This document shows, one piece after another, positions 14,195-16,081 of a stretch of DNA of 16,081 bases (position 1 is its first letter; every line of letters begins with the position of its first letter). A program made the translations under genes and the position numbers. Location: UHGV virus genome UHGV-1809260; one strand, written 5' to 3'. This DNA comes from a virus. The notes below the pieces were generated by a model, which did not search any database, was not told the DNA's origin, and was given only the letters and a program-made list of their open reading frames with translations.

Positions 14195-14731
14195 ATGTCA
14201 TTTATTAAAACTTTTTCCGGGAAGCATTTTTATTATGACAAGATAAATAAAGACGACATCGTTATTAACGATATCGCGGTTTCCCTTTCAAATATCTGTC
14301 GCTTTGCAGGACATCTTTCACACTTCTACAGTGTCGCCCAGCATGCGGTGCTTTGCAGCCAGCTGGTGCCGCAGGAATTTGCTTTTGAAGCGTTAATGCA
14401 TGATGCAACAGAAGCGTATTGCCAGGACATCCCCGCACCACTGAAACGACTTCTTCCTGACTATAAACGGATGGAAGAAAAAATAGACGCCGTAATCCGT
14501 GAGAAATACGGGTTACCTCCTGTTATGAGCACGCCAGTGAAATATGCCGATCTCATCATGCTGGCAACCGAACGCCGCGATCTCGGGCTTGATGATGGCT
14601 CTTTCTGGCCAGTACTGGAAGGTATCCCGGCAACAGAAATGTTCAAAGTTATTCCACTGGCTCCGAGCCATGCCTACGGGATGTTTATGGAGCGCTTTAA
14701 CGAGTTATCGGAGTTACGCACATGCGCATGA
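14195..14731 (+). CDS. HD-domain phosphohydrolase (YfdR-like putative 5'-deoxynucleotidase)
   Basis: H...HD metal-binding signature (SVAQHAV ... LMHDATEAY). Preferred start is the ATG at 14195 (MSFIKTF...) preceded by GGAGAA, giving 178 aa; the listed ORF starts 21 codons upstream. Confidence 0.75.
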   Translation: MSFIKTFSGKHFYYDKINKDDIVINDIAVSLSNICRFAGHLSHFYSVAQHAVLCSQLVPQEFAFEALMHDATEAYCQDIPAPLKRLLPDYKRMEEKIDAVIREKYGLPPVMSTPVKYADLIMLATERRDLGLDDGSFWPVLEGIPATEMFKVIPLAPSHAYGMFMERFNELSELRTCA

Positions 14732-15333
14732 ATGTTTTCGAAATGGAAGGGTTTCTTCGCGGGAAATGTGTACCACGAGATCTGAAAGTGAATGAAACAA
14801 ATGCTGAATATCTGGTGCGTAAATTTGCTGAAGCGGAGGCCAAGATTTTGGCTCTGTCCGAAGACCAACAGAAAGCGATTGAGTCAATTAAGCAGGCTGA
14901 TGCAGCTGTTAAGTTGGCACACGAGAAGTTTTCGGCGCTGGCGGCGGAGAATGCGGGGCTGAAACACGCAATGGCCGTAACTCTTGAGCATGTGTCGGTC
15001 ACGGATGCAGGGCAGGCTGGTGTTGCTGCAATGATTATCAACGATGCCCTGCACCACAGCGAAACTCCAGCCACCGATGCTTTCCTGGCTGAAATTCGTG
15101 CGGAAGCACGCAACGAGGGGATTAACTATACCGCAAGCCGTCTTGCTGCTGCTTTCAATCACGGATTTATCAATAAGTCTTTACGTGAAGTTTTCGACGT
15201 TACACGCATGATTCTGTCAGCGAAAGAAGAGTTGGCTAATGAACCACACCCGATTGATGGCCTGTCCGGTGAATATGCGGAGAAATCCCTAGAAGAATGG
15301 GCGGAACAGATTCGCAAAGGAGGCAACCAGTGA
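14722..15333 (+). CDS. Hypothetical phage protein (203 aa), alanine-rich, predicted helical
   Basis: ORF overlaps the upstream stop; GGAG upstream of the ATG. No family recognised. Confidence 0.55.
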   Translation: MRMNVFEMEGFLRGKCVPRDLKVNETNAEYLVRKFAEAEAKILALSEDQQKAIESIKQADAAVKLAHEKFSALAAENAGLKHAMAVTLEHVSVTDAGQAGVAAMIINDALHHSETPATDAFLAEIRAEARNEGINYTASRLAAAFNHGFINKSLREVFDVTRMILSAKEELANEPHPIDGLSGEYAEKSLEEWAEQIRKGGNQ

Positions 15334-15554
15334 GCGGAAAAAGAATGACTAACAGAGAGCTTGTTGATGCCGCGATTAAGCTTGCTGGTGATTTTTATTC
15401 AATGATGGGGTACGCGCATCGCCCTGGATTCAAATATTGGGAATCACCGCATCCGCAAGAGCAACTGGTATTTCAAATGGCCTGCCGTGCTTTTGAGGTT
15501 ATTCGCGGTTCTGATGTGATGGACGCCGTTGCCGACTTGGAGGATGAAGAGTGA
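15330..15554 (+). CDS. Hypothetical small protein (~74 aa)
   Basis: GTG at 15330 preceded by GGAGG with a 6-nt spacer and overlapping the upstream stop (GTGA); the ATG at 15345 is an alternative. The listed ORF from 15297 is a frame extension. Confidence 0.5.
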   Translation: MSGKRMTNRELVDAAIKLAGDFYSMMGYAHRPGFKYWESPHPQEQLVFQMACRAFEVIRGSDVMDAVADLEDEE

Positions 15555-15901
15555 CCCAAATTAACTATCAGGCACTGCGTGAGGCAGCAGTAGCAATTGA
15601 AACAGTGGCAACGCCTCAAAAATTGCAGGCGTTTCGGATGAAGGTCACACCGTCGGTAGTACTGGCGCTGCTGGATGAAATTAAGCGCCTGGAGGACACA
15701 AATATTGATGCTATGTGCCGAATTGCAGAACTGGAAGCGAGGGAAGTTCAATTACCGACTCGCTACGACCTTCGATATGGACACCCGATAAATGCAGATG
15801 AGCGACAAGTCATGATACCTAAAGAAAATGGCAGTTGGCTTTACCTGATTGACCTAGAACACGCATTACGCGTCGCTGACATTCGCATCAAAGGAGAGTG
15901 A
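15551..15901 (+). CDS. Hypothetical phage protein (116 aa)
   Basis: GTG start overlapping the upstream stop, preceded by GAGGA. No family recognised. Confidence 0.55.
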   Translation: MTQINYQALREAAVAIETVATPQKLQAFRMKVTPSVVLALLDEIKRLEDTNIDAMCRIAELEAREVQLPTRYDLRYGHPINADERQVMIPKENGSWLYLIDLEHALRVADIRIKGE

Positions 15902-15902
15902 T

Positions 15903-16081
15903 ATGGCGTTAACACACCACGAACTCTGTCAGATTGCGTACAAGTTCCTTAAGCGCAACGGGTTCAAGGTTTGCTTTCATGACCGCTTTGTTGCTGTAAC
16001 CAGTACCGGAGAACAGCCAGATGCTATGGGATTCAGAAATTCAGCATCATGCCTGATAGAGGCGAAGTGTTCTCGTGCTGA
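15903..16081 (+). CDS. Hypothetical protein, 5' partial (truncated by window end); possible PD-(D/E)xK nuclease-like N-terminus
   Basis: ATG at 15903 preceded by GGAGAG; hand translation MALTHHELCQIAYKFLKRNGFKVCFHDRFVAVTSTGEQPDAMGFRNSASCLIEAKCSRA. The D...E-A-K spacing is suggestive only. Confidence 0.45.
   Translation, partial: MALTHHELCQIAYKFLKRNGFKVCFHDRFVAVTSTGEQPDAMGFRNSASCLIEAKCSRA

Larger units (their letters stand above)
1..16081. mobile_element. Segment of a lambdoid prophage (late-control end, nin-like region, replication, immunity region, early-left operon)
   Basis: Gene content and order typical of lambda-like phages: Q, RusA, Dam MTase, replication initiator, divergent cro/cI with operators, S24 repressor, PL-type operon. 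Neither prophage boundary is inside the window. Confidence 0.85.

Noticed and set aside
13709-15162. Minus-strand ORFs 13709-13954, 14461-14646, 14674-14868, 14697-15113, 14884-15162 and plus-strand 14544-14795
   Set aside because: Antisense or out-of-frame overlaps of the DUF2303, HD-domain and 203-aa genes.
15473-15751. 92-aa minus-strand ORF
   Set aside because: Antisense to two coupled plus-strand genes; Cys-rich low-quality translation.

Overview
The whole window reads as one contiguous segment of a lambdoid (lambda-like) prophage, assigned by reading the six-frame ORF track and the raw sequence by eye; no database search was run, so family names are recollection-based. Minus-strand early-right operon (9770 down to 1472): cro-like, CII-like, Rha-domain protein, two small proteins, replication initiator with internal iteron-like repeats, PerC-like protein, Dam-type N6-adenine methyltransferase, LexA-DNA-binding-domain-only protein, RusA resolvase, KilA-N-like protein, a hypothetical protein, a DUF968/HNH-like protein and a Q antiterminator; most genes abut with ATGA/GTGA stop-start overlaps. 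The immunity region has divergent cro (-) and an S24 autocleavable cI-like repressor (+), with 17-bp operator-like palindromes at OR and again at OL. Between cI and OL/PL lies a visibly AT-rich island carrying one orphan ParA/MinD-type ATPase gene plus its own terminator, at the position lambda uses for rexAB; this is my best candidate for an undescribed exclusion or defence function. Downstream of OL/PL is a roughly 570-nt GC-rich leader with no ORF and a strong internal terminator, followed by + strand early genes (YfdP-like, DUF2303 YfdQ-like, HD-domain YfdR-like, and four further small proteins, the last truncated by the window edge). Left of Q (1..1470) there is no lysis cassette; instead there is a tR'-like terminator, an unlisted 59-codon ORF, and two paralogous ~250-bp structured units interleaved with at least six intrinsic-terminator-like hairpins, which I cannot assign to any known RNA family.
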